Below are positions 1 through 12,396 of a DNA stretch of 64,000 bases, one piece after another. The notes beneath the pieces are model-generated. The model did not search any database. It was not told the DNA's origin and saw nothing but the letters and a program-made list of their open reading frames with translations. The stretch is from positions 1,696,001 through 1,760,000 of the forward strand of contig OZ250173.1 in NCBI GenBank assembly GCA_965238075.1, written 5' to 3'. Origin of the DNA: Candidatus Entotheonellaceae bacterium. GTDB taxonomy: Bacteria; Tectomicrobia; Entotheonellia; Entotheonellales; Entotheonellaceae. Within the stretch, counting starts at the first letter, position 1. Each line of letters starts with the position of its first letter. The translations under genes and the position numbers were made by a program.

Positions 1-1320
<1,320 letters not shown>

Positions 1321-1435
1321 CTTGTTTTATACTACGCTGGCTTGACGCATCATGTCATTGTTAAACCATGATTCACCCAAACCAACTGCGGCAGAGATCT
1401 ACCTTAACTTGTTGGCCTGTAACCCTGGAGGCACG

Positions 1436-1984
1436 ATGAGCTATGCGAAGTCTGTAAGTCTGCCACTCGTTGTCCTGGCTCTATTGGCGACAAGCTCCAT
1501 TGCCCAAACCGACAAATTGCCGGACATCACGAATACACGAGTCCACTCACCTATCGTTGCGTCATCCGGACAGCCGTCCAAGGGGCAGTTTGAGGACATT
1601 TCGAGATCTGGCGTGAAGGTCGTGATAAACCTCGCTCCGAAATATTTGCCAGACTCCATAAGGAACGAAAGGAAGCTGGTTCGCTCTGAGGGCATGGAGT
1701 ACTTCTTCATTCCGGTAGATTGGGACAGACCCTCGCAGAATAATGTCGACAAATTCTTGACGGCAATGGATAAAGTACGCGGCAAGCGCGTGCTAGTACA
1801 TTGTTGGTTAAATTACCGGGCGTCGGCGTTCGTATATCTCTATCGAGTCTTACGTGAGGGTGCTTCCCAGGATGAAGAATACAAAATTCTCGAAGAGATC
1901 TGGGATTACGACAAGGACTACGCGTTGAAAAAGGTCCCCCACTGGAGAAAGCTCCTAACAGTGGCCTTGGAGAGGCACCAGTAG
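1436..1984 (+). CDS. Secreted DUF442/protein-tyrosine-phosphatase-like (sulfurtransferase-like) protein in the 23S-5S spacer
   Basis: GGAGG RBS at 1427-1431, N-terminal signal peptide, SSGQP...GVKVVINL...IPV...VLVHCWLNYRAS motifs. Confidence 0.8.
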   Translation: MSYAKSVSLPLVVLALLATSSIAQTDKLPDITNTRVHSPIVASSGQPSKGQFEDISRSGVKVVINLAPKYLPDSIRNERKLVRSEGMEYFFIPVDWDRPSQNNVDKFLTAMDKVRGKRVLVHCWLNYRASAFVYLYRVLREGASQDEEYKILEEIWDYDKDYALKKVPHWRKLLTVALERHQ

Positions 1985-2003
1985 CGAAGTGAAGCGACCA
2001 AAA

Positions 2004-2090
2004 GCAATCGCCCGGTCAAAGTTCTAGCCCGATGCGCTTAGTGTCGCTACGCTCCTGCGCCCGCGGCTCAAAACAGAAGCGTTCGATAGC
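2004..2090 (+). repeat. Imperfect hairpin resembling a degenerate integron attC / REP-like site
   Basis: Arms GTTCTAGCC..GCGC / GCGC..GGCTCAAAAC, central GTCGCTACGCTC, ends in GTT at 2081. Confidence 0.35.
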
Positions 2091-2119
2091 TACGTCACCG
2101 ATTGATACTTGTTCTGAAT

Positions 2120-2237
2120 TTTCGGCAGCTATAGCGAAGGGGCAACACCCGTTCCCATCCCGAACACGGAAGTAAAGTCCTTCAGCGCCGATGGTACTGC
2201 ACGGGTCACTGTGTGGGAGAGTAGGTCGCTGCCGAAA
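2120..2237 (+). rRNA. rrf: 5S rRNA
   Basis: TTTCGGCAG...CTGCCGAAA terminal stem, CCCATCCCGAACAC and GAGAGTAGGTCGCTGCC motifs. Confidence 0.97.
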
Positions 2238-2472
2238 TTCTCCCCTCCCATAATTCCTTCACCGCACACCGCAGTCTCTGCATGTTCTTGTAAGCCTTCC
2301 TCCTCGCCTTGTCTGATCGAAGAGTCCGCAGACCACGAATGCCGGGATTGTTTGGGTCGCATTGCGGGTGTTAGACTTTCGGATACCAATCCTTTCCCCT
2401 ATAGCATCGGTCGATTTCCACGTGCAATCGGAGCATGGATGCCACGTTGACGGCTACATGCCTGACGCAAAG

Positions 2473-3920
2473 ATGGCAGAAACGGTCTCCCTTCCAACCT
2501 GGGTAGTGGTAGTTGCCGGCGCGCTTTCACTTTGGGTAATTCTTGACCGCCTGATTGTTCCAAGCACCCGCTGGCTTTTCGGGCGGCGTGTCAGTCGTGT
2601 GATTAATGAACTCAATACTCGCCTGCAACTGCAAATACCTCCTTTCCAACAGACGAAACGACAGGTCCTTATCGATCGCCTCACGCACGATCCCAGGGTA
2701 ATGGAGTCGGTCGAGGCCGAGGCGCACAAGTCCGCTGTGGCGCGAGAAGTTCTGATCCGCGAAGCCGGACGCCATGCGCGTGAGATTGTCCCGTCGTTCA
2801 ACGCCTACGTCTATTTTCGCATTGGATATTACCTAGCGCGGCGCATTCTGCAATTTCTCTATCGTGTCCGCCTAGGCTATGCCGACGACGAAGCGCTGGC
2901 CAGAATAGAGCCCAACGCAAGTGTCGTGTTTCTCTGATGAATCACCGCAGCCATACGGACTACATCATCGTCGCCTATATGGCCACGAACCGCGCCACCT
3001 TGAGCTATACGGTGGGCGAATGGGTACGCACCTGGCCGCTGCTTCAGTCGTTGATCAAATCTCTCGACGGTTCTTCGTGCGTCGAGAATCCGACAATCCT
3101 CTCTACCGCCGAGTACTGGCTCCCTACGTTCAGATGGCGACGGCCGGTGGTGTCGTGCAGGCGTTCTACCCCGAGGATCAGTTTACCCGCGACGGGTATC
3201 TCCAAAAGCCAAGGTTCTGTCTCATCAACTACATGCTCTCGACGTTCGACCCCAAGGGCGAACGGGATCTCGTGTTCATCCCGGCGAGTATCAATTACGA
3301 TCGAGCGCTGGAAGATCGCACCCTGGTCGGCAAACTCGACCCGCGGGCCATTCCACGTAGCGGGACGTATACTGTCGCCCTTTCTCAGGTTCCTCGGCCA
3401 CAATGTCAGACTCCTGCTGGAACAACGCTGGTATCGCTTGGTTATGTCTGTGTCGATTTTGGAACGCCGATTGCCATGCGGTCATACACCGAACGCACCA
3501 AGATCGATTTTCGCCTTTTGGACTTAGAAGATCGTTTTGAAGCCGCAGAGCGGCTTGGCAGTGAGCTGTTCGGCGCCATCGCCATAACCATTCCGGTATT
3601 GCCGGTGCCACTCATCGCCACCGTGTTCTTGCGCCATCCTCACATGGCCATGAGCGAATTTGAGATTAAGGCACATGCTCATGCGCTCATCAACGACCTT
3701 GAGCAGCGCGGGGCGTACGTCCATATCCCCAGGTCAGACCACACGCAACCACAATGGGGCTTTGGATGGTGGCACTGCGGCACTTGGTGCAGGAAACGGA
3801 CGGTCTCTACCGGGCGAGCGATACCGAACACAATATGCTGCGCTACTACGCCAACTCGATAGCTCACTTCCTGCCCAAGCCGTGACAGTTCTCTGCGCCG
3901 ACGCCACCCAGGAATCCTGA
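2473..3920 (+). pseudogene. Glycerol-3-phosphate acyltransferase (PlsB-like), multiply frameshifted
   Basis: NHRSHTDY (HX4D), FFVRR, FYPE..TRDG and INYDR motifs spread across different frames. Confidence 0.8.
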
Positions 3921-4008
3921 CGCAACCGTCTCTCGACTGGCTGCGTAGTGAACTTATCTGCCCTTTTGCATACCGGAATTCAGGACCAGTGAACAAGGAA
4001 GGACGGAT

Positions 4009-5547
4009 ATGTCGAGAGAGTTCCCGACGCCGGAGGACCGGCAGGTCATAATTTCCCGAGGAATCACGGAGGAAACTATCGCGGCGCAACTGGCTCTTTT
4101 CCAGAAAGGAACGCCATGGATCAAGCTGCATCGACCTTGCACGGTCGGCGACGGCATTGTCGTACTTCGTACGGATGAGATAGAGGTCTTATCACGCAAA
4201 TATGCAGAGGCTGCTGCTGCTGGTCGGGTCATGAAATTTGTGCCGGCGTCCGGAGCGGCCTCGCGGATGTTTCAGGGACTCTTGCAGCAGTATGAAACAG
4301 TCCCCATACCTCCGAACAACGAGGCTTCGATTGCCAGTCAGTTTTTGACGGAGCTACGCCGCTTTGCGTTTTATGATGATCTGGAAATAGCATTACGCGT
4401 TGAAGGACTGGATATCCAGACATGCATTGCCCAACGCCAGATTCACAAAATCTGGGAACATCTCTTAACCTCGCGTGGACTCAATTACGCCAATTTGCCC
4501 AAGGCGTTAATCAAATTCCATCGATACGCTACTGGCTATTGTCGAATGCCTTTGGAAGAACATGTGGTGGACGCCGCAGCGCATACACTCGACCGGGATA
4601 ATGTCGTTCGAGTGCACTTTACAGTCAGCCCAGGATGTGAGGCTGAGGTTAACAGTGCTATTGAGGAGATGCAGGAGCGTTACCAAGAAAAAGGCATTCA
4701 GTACCGCATCACGTTGTCGCACCAACACGCCTCCACCGACACGATTGCAGTTGATACTGACAATCGTCCTTTCCGCGACCGACATCATCGTTTGCTATTC
4801 AGGCCGGGGGGGCATGGCGCGTTACTTGAGAACCTACAGGCAATCCAGGCCGATATGGTTCACTTGAACAATATCGACAACGTGGTTCATGGACGCCTCA
4901 AGGAGGATACGCATACCTATAAGAGAGCCCTAGGGGGTTATCTTGTGACATTGCAAGATCAAGTATTCACCCATTTGAGACTTTTGGCAGATGGACAGGT
5001 GAGTTCGTCGCAGTTAGAGCAAATTTTCACATATGCCAAACAATATTTATCATTAAGCGTTCCAGAATATCTGCTTGATCGATCAATCGCCGAGCAGTCG
5101 CACTTTCTATTTACGAAACTCAACAGACCCTTGCGCGTCTGCGGCGTAGTGAAGAACCTTGGGGAGCCGGGCGGCGGACCCTTTTGGACGGAAAGCGCTG
5201 GGGACAACCTATCATTGCAAATCGTGGAGAAGTCACAAATCGACACCTCGGTGGAGGGACAACAAGCCATTCTGAACGCCTCGACCCACTTTAATCCGGT
5301 GGATATCGTCTGCGGAATGCGTGATTACCAAGGTCGGCCTTTCAGGCTTGAGACGTTTAGGGACCCGGACGCTTATTTCATCGCCTACAAGACCCATGAA
5401 GGGCGTCCTTTGAAAGCCCTCGAGCTTCCGGGCTTGTGGAACGGCACCATGGCTCACTGGAACACGATGTTCGTGGAAGTACCTCTCAGCACCTTTAATC
5501 CAGTCAAAACCGTGTTCGACCTCCTGCGTCCCGAACACCAGCCGTAG
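4009..5547 (+). CDS. DUF4301 family protein
   Basis: KFVPASGAASRMF, FRPGGHGALLENL, GEPGGGPFW, ELPGLWNG signature motifs. Confidence 0.88.
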   Translation: MSREFPTPEDRQVIISRGITEETIAAQLALFQKGTPWIKLHRPCTVGDGIVVLRTDEIEVLSRKYAEAAAAGRVMKFVPASGAASRMFQGLLQQYETVPIPPNNEASIASQFLTELRRFAFYDDLEIALRVEGLDIQTCIAQRQIHKIWEHLLTSRGLNYANLPKALIKFHRYATGYCRMPLEEHVVDAAAHTLDRDNVVRVHFTVSPGCEAEVNSAIEEMQERYQEKGIQYRITLSHQHASTDTIAVDTDNRPFRDRHHRLLFRPGGHGALLENLQAIQADMVHLNNIDNVVHGRLKEDTHTYKRALGGYLVTLQDQVFTHLRLLADGQVSSSQLEQIFTYAKQYLSLSVPEYLLDRSIAEQSHFLFTKLNRPLRVCGVVKNLGEPGGGPFWTESAGDNLSLQIVEKSQIDTSVEGQQAILNASTHFNPVDIVCGMRDYQGRPFRLETFRDPDAYFIAYKTHEGRPLKALELPGLWNGTMAHWNTMFVEVPLSTFNPVKTVFDLLRPEHQP

Positions 5548-5830
5548 AACACATCCAGGCGCGTCTGAGCGCTACGGAAAATCTTCTGGCAGATCAGGGT
5601 AAGCGCATATGAGGATTGCCATGGGTTCTGATTCAGGTTATCCAGAGTCATCGCGTGTAAGGACACTCAGCCTGGAGAAGAGCTGGGCATGGAAAAACCC
5701 GCGTCGTCTCGATTGTTGAATCACTTTGCCTCGGTCAGTGATCCTCGAGACCCCAACATCCGACACCCTTTTGACATCTTCGTGATTGCCTTGTTCGCCG
5801 TCATCAGTGGCGCAGAGGGCTGGGAAGACC

Positions 5831-5848
5831 CTGAATCAGGTTCAGGGC
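5831..5848 (+). repeat. Family A element, truncated, at ISAs1 deletion junction
   Basis: (CC)CTGAATCAGGTTCAGGGC. Confidence 0.75.
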
Positions 5849-6527
5849 CGATGACAAGTTCAATGAAATCATCGCCATTCCCCACTTGCTCGGGCTGTTG
5901 GCCCTCGACGGGGCGACGGTGACGACCGACGCCATGGGATGTGAAAAGGAGATCGCCCATAGCACCGTCGAGCAAGGGGTTGATTATGTCTTGGCTCTCA
6001 AAGACAACCACGCGACGCTCCACAACGCGGTCACAACGACTGCGTTGCGGGATGTGAGATGCGATGATTACCGCAGTATGTATACCGATCATGGTCGTAT
6101 CGAGACGCGCCACTATTGGCTCACGCCTGACATTGAGTGTTTGGGGGTGAAGGGCTCGTGGGCGGGTATTGCCGGCGTTGGCACGGTCGAGTCGCAGGTG
6201 GAGTTGGCGATGGGGTGTCTTGTGAGCGGCGTTATTTTCTGGCCTCACTGTCGTGTGATGCGGCGCGTTTTGCGCAGGCGGTGAGTCGGCATTGGGGCAT
6301 CGAGAATTCACTTCATTGGGTGCTTGACGTGAGTTTTCAGGAAGACGACCGTCGGATTCGTCAAGACGCCAGCGCTCAAACGATGTCGGTGTTGCGTCAC
6401 ACCGCCCTGAACCTGATACGACGAGAATTGAGTCACAAGCGCGGCATGAAGGCCAGACGCAAACGGGCTAGGTGGACCGACGCTATCTGTTGCAGGTCTT
6501 AACCGGATAACGTCATATGCGCTTACC

Positions 6528-7449
6528 CACTGTACAGGACAAAATTATATTGGGTAGAGTGGATGAACAAGTGCTTTTGGCGGGCCTTTGATGCGTCTTG
6601 AGTTGAATCGGCTTGACGACATGCCGCCAGGCACCCCCACATGTAGGCCCAGCAAAAAGCTATCGCCAACACACCACATAACGTCTCCAAGCGCTTGGCA
6701 TCTCTCAAGCGTGTCTCTTCAAGGCTGAACCCTCTTGATTTAAGAGCCTCGAAGAGCACTTCTATCTGCCACCTCTGCTTGTACCTCTCCAGGGCGTCAT
6801 CACACGGACTCGACACAACGATCAGGTAAGTCCCAGAGGGCAAGCGCATACCGGTTGCCCAAAGCCAGTGAAACGAGACGCGGCCCGATCTAAGGAACAC
6901 GAGGTCGAACGGGGAAGACGTCTGAAAAAGTTCCGTGCCGGTGAAGGAGGAGGACGTCAAGGCTGCTTCGGGATAGCCACCCGGGTTGAAGTCCCTTAAC
7001 GTGCAGAAAATGGGACTTCTCTCCGTGCCGTTGACATCGATGCGCTCATGGGTATTGGAGTTACACTTTTTCGCGCCAAGGTGTAGGGGGGGTCACGAGT
7101 AGAAAAGAGAGCACGAATGGCGCCATCCGAGCGGGTTGGAGCCGAACGTGTTTGAAAAAATGTTGCAGGCGGTCGATCTCGGCAGGACCAGGAAAGCCCG
7201 CGGGCAGCTGGGTCAGATTAACGGTTTCGACCTTGAACAGGGCGATGACGAGAGCCGTCAGGCAGGTGATGCGCGCGGTGTAAGCCAAAGGTCAATTGGA
7301 GTAAGTCGGTGAGCCGCCTAGTAGAGTGATTCACGGTGTAATTTCCTGAGACGTCAGTCGGTGTAGAGAGGCTTGGTTGGCCTTCCACCGTAGGTGGTTA
7401 CACCTTTTCTTTCAACTACTCAATGACTTTTGTCGTGTATAGTTCAGTG
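6528..7449 (-). mobile_element. IS4-family (ISAba1/IS10-like) element, internally deleted
   Basis: IRs CACTGTACAGGACAAAA / TTTTGTCGTGTATAG; YKQRWQIEVLFEALKSRGF motif; homologous to 42882-44161. Confidence 0.85.
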
Positions 7450-7564
7450 GCGCTTCCCTGCCTGGCAGCTAAAAGCAATTGCTATTTACAAATGACTTAT
7501 ATGTGGTGGGATCTTATGTCGGAATAACATGAAAACATTTTGAATTCCTTGCATTAGGTATATG

Positions 7565-8864
7565 CAATACTTCGGACAGAATTTAGGCAGCCCTGTCGGT
7601 GATCGTGCCATCGTTGCAAAGGGTTTGGTAATCGGGGCTGGATTTTTCCAGGCTATGCCCCTGGGCTAGATGCTGAGAAATTCGCTCCAGCAGATATTGG
7701 TTGAAGGCACGCCGTTTGAGACTCGCCATCGAAAACCCTGCCTGAGCACCAACGCTTTGTTGTCGCGCTTCCAGTTTGCCCAAAGTGAGAGCACTCATAC
7801 TGGCATTGAAGTGAAAATGCAGCTTCGCTTGCGAGCGCGCTTGACAGGCACTCAGAGACGCAAACTGCTTGGCGTCTCTGAAGAGAAACTCGATTTGGAA
7901 GCGCGCTTTGTACCCACGATAAAGCGTCTGCGCATCCACGTCGGTATCGGTGCGGAACAGGACCACCCGCCGTTGGGTGCGGGTATCCACCACGAGCACG
8001 ACTCGCAGATTGCGCCGAAGATGAACGTGGTTGAGGACTTGATGATAGAGCAAGGTGGCGTCGTCTTCGCTGTACACCCGCTCAAAGCGTGACAGGTCGT
8101 CCCAATGGACCTTGCCGCCGTAGGTCTTGGGCGCCCCGGTCCCTGGTAGAGATAGCGCAGATTGGCGTCGCGGCGCAGTTTGCCAATCTGGTCCAGCCCG
8201 AGGGCGCGAACCCCGTCAAAGAATTTGCGTTTTGTAATAGCCATCCGTTATCACATAGCATAGATGACCCAGGTGATGGCCGCAGAGCACGCCTCTCAAT
8301 TGCTCCAGATAGGCATCGATGCGTGTGCCTTGCGGCTCAGCGCTCTTGTCGCTCGGCGGCGTCTGCTCGACACTGAGGCCATAGGCGCAGTTGTCGGTAA
8401 TGTCGAGCCACGCCACGGCAGAGACTTCCAGACCTTTTTCACTGCGCAGGTGGCGGCTGTTCCAGAAGCGCTCAAGGCCATAGGTGTGGGTACCATTTTG
8501 GGGATGAAGCTGGTATCAATGAGCAAGGCCTGCTGATGTCCGGGCGGGATAACCTGGGTAATCGCCGCCTTGTTGAGTGAGACAAAGTCAAACGGGGGGT
8601 CGTACCAAGGCACGAAGGTGCGCTCGTGATACGAACTGTAGCGGCTGAGATTGCGAAACGTGGCATGGCCAGGAAGCATCAGCAGAAGTCCCAGCAGATG
8701 GGCGATGAATTTGCGTTGCGGTCTCTTGGTTTTGGACAACGTCGTAAGTATACTCTGAAGCAGTCGCACGAGGCACCTCCATTCTTCGGTTGCGTTGGCT
8801 AACACAACTATAGAATTGGAGAACTCGTGCGGCTACCTGGCTGTCAAAACTGTCCAAAGTATTG
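7565..8864 (-). mobile_element. DDE transposase IS (IS4-like), frameshifted pseudogene
   Basis: IRs CAATACTTCGGACAG / CTGTCCAAAGTATTG; YKARFQIEFLFRDAKQF motif; ORF broken into several pieces. Confidence 0.85.
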
Positions 8865-8885
8865 ATGTGGGGACATGCAGTTATT

Positions 8886-10634
8886 ATGAGCATACAAAGC
8901 CAACCGTATATACCAAGGATTAAAGACCGCGGCGCTGATTTGTTCGTCGCTTTGCTGCAGGCTCAGGGTGTGAAGCAAGTTATGGCTTTGACGGGCGGTG
9001 CCATTATGGAAGGGATGGATGCCTTGCAGGAGGCAGAACACCTGGAAATGTCTATCTTCCAAACTGAACCGGGCGCAGCGTGGGCTGCGATGGGGTATGC
9101 GCGGGCTACGGGCAAAGTTGGGGTATGTGTGGTGACGTCGGGACCGGCCGCAACCAATACCATTACGGCCATTGCGGACGCTTACCGTGACAACGTGCCG
9201 TTGGTGGTTGTAACGGGCCAAGTGCCAACGTTTGCCCGTAACACCGATGCCTTTCAAGAAACGGACATCACCAGAATTGCCGCGCCAACGGCAAAGAAGG
9301 TGTACTACGTGAGCCGGCCCGAGGAGATGCCTGACGTGGTCCGCGAGGCATTTCATCTTGCCAGGGAGGGTCGCCCGGGGCCGGTGCTGATCGATCTCAC
9401 AAAAGATGCCCAACAGTCTCTGGTAGATCTTGGTGCTTATCGCGCCGACCTGGAACCGATCGATTCAGCCATCTCAAATGAAACGTTTAATGAAACCCTA
9501 AGCGCCGAATTGGACGAGGTGACAGCCCATCTCAACACCGCGGAACGGCCTGTCATCATCGTGGGTTACGGCTTGGTGCTGGCTGGGGCTGAGCGCGAAC
9601 TGGAGCAATTCCTAGAGGTCGTGCCAAGTCCAGTGGTCTACACCATTCCTGGCAAGCCCGCGCTTGCCACCTCGCATCCATGCAACTACGGATTGCTTGG
9701 CATGCACGGATTCTATGTCGCCAACTGGATCGTGCATCATGCCGACCTGGTGATTTCACTGGGTTCGCGCTATGACGACCGCATCACGGGGGACACAGCC
9801 CGGTTTGCGCCACAGGCCAAGCGCCTGATCCATTTTGACATCGACCCGGGACAAATTCATAAAGTGCTGCCCGAACGGAAGCTTGGAATCGTTGGTGACC
9901 TGAAGGAAACTTTGGGCGCGTTGAGGTGTCGGCTTACGGGCGTATTCGATTATCCCGATTGGCGTCAGGCTATTGCGGAGGTTGAGAAGGAATACCCCTC
10001 AACCTACACTCGCCGCCCGAAACAGCTGCAAGCGCAGCACGTCTTGCAGTTGCTCAATGAGGTTGTGGGCCAACGCGTCGCGGTTGACCCTTGTCGGGTC
10101 ATCTACACCACGGAGGTCGGCGACCACCAGATGTGGGCCGGACAATACCTGGCCATGGAGCAAGGTTGGCAATTCATGACTTCCGGCGGTCAGGGTGCGA
10201 TGGGCTCCGGTCTACCCATGGCCATTGGGGCGCAAATGGCCGAACCTGACGCCCTTGTCATTTGTCTGGCTGGCGACGGTAGCTTGCGCTTCTCCGAGGC
10301 TGAGTTGGAGACCATTTGGGACGAGAATCTGGCCGTAAAGGTCCTGGTGCTCAATAACGACGGCTACGGCATTGTGCGAATGTGGAATCACCGTTTCTAT
10401 CAAGGTCGAGAGACGGGTGTCGTCAAACGGGGCAAAAATTGGACCTTGCTCGCCCAGGGAAATGGCTTTAAAGCCGACTTCGTAGACCGCGTCTGCAAAC
10501 CGGAAGACGTGAAGCCCGCTCTGCAACGCGCGCTATCCCACCGCGGTCCGCATTTTATCGAGTTTGTAACGCCCTACGAGGAATGCCTGCCTTTGATGCC
10601 GCCGGGACAATCGTTCCAAGAGGTGATTGTCTGA
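8886..10634 (+). CDS. ilvB: Acetolactate synthase large subunit (ThDP enzyme)
   Basis: TSGPAATN, TDAFQE, LGMHG, DDRITG, GDG..NN motifs. Confidence 0.85.
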   Translation: MSIQSQPYIPRIKDRGADLFVALLQAQGVKQVMALTGGAIMEGMDALQEAEHLEMSIFQTEPGAAWAAMGYARATGKVGVCVVTSGPAATNTITAIADAYRDNVPLVVVTGQVPTFARNTDAFQETDITRIAAPTAKKVYYVSRPEEMPDVVREAFHLAREGRPGPVLIDLTKDAQQSLVDLGAYRADLEPIDSAISNETFNETLSAELDEVTAHLNTAERPVIIVGYGLVLAGAERELEQFLEVVPSPVVYTIPGKPALATSHPCNYGLLGMHGFYVANWIVHHADLVISLGSRYDDRITGDTARFAPQAKRLIHFDIDPGQIHKVLPERKLGIVGDLKETLGALRCRLTGVFDYPDWRQAIAEVEKEYPSTYTRRPKQLQAQHVLQLLNEVVGQRVAVDPCRVIYTTEVGDHQMWAGQYLAMEQGWQFMTSGGQGAMGSGLPMAIGAQMAEPDALVICLAGDGSLRFSEAELETIWDENLAVKVLVLNNDGYGIVRMWNHRFYQGRETGVVKRGKNWTLLAQGNGFKADFVDRVCKPEDVKPALQRALSHRGPHFIEFVTPYEECLPLMPPGQSFQEVIV

Positions 10635-10687
10635 TTCGCACCGAGAGCCGGTACAGCATGCCTTGAGCGTCTGCATCGAACAGCAAG

Positions 10688-11098
10688 TTATGGCAGGGGT
10701 CGAAACTTCGGCAAGGTAATTTCTGGCGTTACGTCGTCGAAAACAACTTCTACGGGCAGCCCCAAGCGCAACCGGTCGGCGGGCAAATCAAGCACGTGGG
10801 AGACCATCCGAACGCCCTCCTCCAATTCCACCACAACAGCGGCATACGGCAATTCCTCCGCAAAGCCAGGGTGCAAAGCGCGGTGAATCACAGTCCAACT
10901 GAAGACTTGCCCCTTGCCGCCGGCGCGCTCCCAGGTCCAGTTGAACGAGCCACAGGTCTGACAACTCTCACGGGGCATGTGTCGCCATGTTCCACAATCC
11001 CGACAGCGCTGGAAGCGCAATTCATGCTGCTTACAGAACTGGTAGAACTCGCCGTTGAAGTCCTCGCCACGAGGTAACGGCTTGCCATAGGCTTCCAT
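10688..11098 (-). CDS. Zn-ribbon/OB-fold protein (DUF35/ChsH2-like)
   Basis: CxxC..CxxC plus ELEEGVRM OB-fold; adjacent to thiolase-like gene. Confidence 0.9.
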   Translation of the reverse strand: MEAYGKPLPRGEDFNGEFYQFCKQHELRFQRCRDCGTWRHMPRESCQTCGSFNWTWERAGGKGQVFSWTVIHRALHPGFAEELPYAAVVVELEEGVRMVSHVLDLPADRLRLGLPVEVVFDDVTPEITLPKFRPLP

Positions 11099-11101
11099 TG
11101 G

Positions 11102-12268
11102 TTACCTCCTGAGAATAACCAGGCTGCCGTCGCCGAAATCACCCCATCCAGTCACCAAGCCCAACTCGCAATTCTCCACCTGCAAACCGGCTTCATGCCG
11201 CAATTGCCGGGTCGCCTCCACAACATGATTGAGGCCCCAAACGTGCGCCTCGGAATGCAGACCGCCGTGCGTGTTACAGGGCAAGTCGCCATCAACGCGC
11301 AATGTGCCGCCTTTAACAAACTCACGCGACTCGCCTACCCCGCAAAATCCAAGCGCCTCCAGTTGCAACATTACAACGTACGTAAAGCAATCGTAAATCT
11401 GGGCAAAATCCATATCCTGAGGCGTCACACCAGCCATTCCGAAGGCGTGCGGTGCGGCGAAGCTGAGGCCAATCCTGAAGAAATCGGGGCGATTCGGGAT
11501 GTCATCAGCAGGATAGGGGTGCCCTTCCGCAATGCCCATGATGTACACGGGGTCATGTTGCAGGTCGAGAGCGCGTTCCGCCGACGTCACGACTACCGCA
11601 CAAGCGCCGTCTGTTTCCAGACAGCAGTCAAGGACACGGAAGGGAGAAGCAATCATGGGGGATTGGAGGTACTGTTCCATGGTCAACATACGGCCATACA
11701 TGTAGGCGCGGGGGTTGTGCTGGGCGTGGAAACGGCTGGCGAGGGCAACTTCGCCCATTTCTTCGTCAGTCGTGCCATGAAGTTCTCGATGCCGCGTGGC
11801 CAGCCAGGCGTAGTGCTGAACCGGGGCCAGCGCGCCATAAGGGGCATAGTAGTTGCGCAGGGCCTGGCTCAGGGCATTATCGGGTCGCGGCGGCGCGTCG
11901 GGCCGCTCGCGACGGCTGATACGTGCCTCCGAGTAGCCGTTCCAGCCAAAAGGGACCAGCACGTTGCGGGCGACGCCCAGAGTGACGGCCATAGCGGCGC
12001 TTTGTAAGGCCGTTACTGGGCTGGCACCACCCATTTGCACCGTCGTGGAGTACCGCAGATCGCTCACCCCCAGATTGGCGGCCAAGGCTTCCTGATAGAT
12101 GTAGGACGAAGACAAGACGAAGCCGTCAATGTCCTGCACCGTCAACCCGGCGTCGCGGATGGCATGCCGGGAAGCTTCCAGTACCAGACGCAGAACGGTC
12201 TTCTGCGACCCTCTGGTGTAGGCACTTTCTCCAACCCCGACGATGCAGGCTTGGTCTTTCAAGGTCAT
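11102..12268 (-). CDS. SCP-x thiolase-like / lipid-transfer protein (Ltp2-like)
   Basis: [23 protein letters not shown] motifs. Confidence 0.9.
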   Translation of the reverse strand: MTLKDQACIVGVGESAYTRGSQKTVLRLVLEASRHAIRDAGLTVQDIDGFVLSSSYIYQEALAANLGVSDLRYSTTVQMGGASPVTALQSAAMAVTLGVARNVLVPFGWNGYSEARISRRERPDAPPRPDNALSQALRNYYAPYGALAPVQHYAWLATRHRELHGTTDEEMGEVALASRFHAQHNPRAYMYGRMLTMEQYLQSPMIASPFRVLDCCLETDGACAVVVTSAERALDLQHDPVYIMGIAEGHPYPADDIPNRPDFFRIGLSFAAPHAFGMAGVTPQDMDFAQIYDCFTYVVMLQLEALGFCGVGESREFVKGGTLRVDGDLPCNTHGGLHSEAHVWGLNHVVEATRQLRHEAGLQVENCELGLVTGWGDFGDGSLVILRR

Positions 12269-12396
12269 GGATGCGTTCCTCTCGGTATGTTGTACCGGTC
12301 ACCGCATGTGCTCCATGCAGACAAATCATGCTACCATACGCTGTTCTTAGAGCAAGAAACTCCCAAGAGCAGTCCTTTGAGAGGGAGCAGCGACCC

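Larger units (their letters stand above)
5595..7460 (+). mobile_element. ISAs1-family IS relic (transposase pseudogene ~5689-6510) with an IS4 element inserted in its right IR
   Basis: IR CAGGGTAAGCGCATAT / ATATGCGCTTACCC; DAMGC, HGRIETR, HWGIENSLHWVLDV motifs; flanks TCTGGCAGAT/CCTGGCAGCT. Confidence 0.85.
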
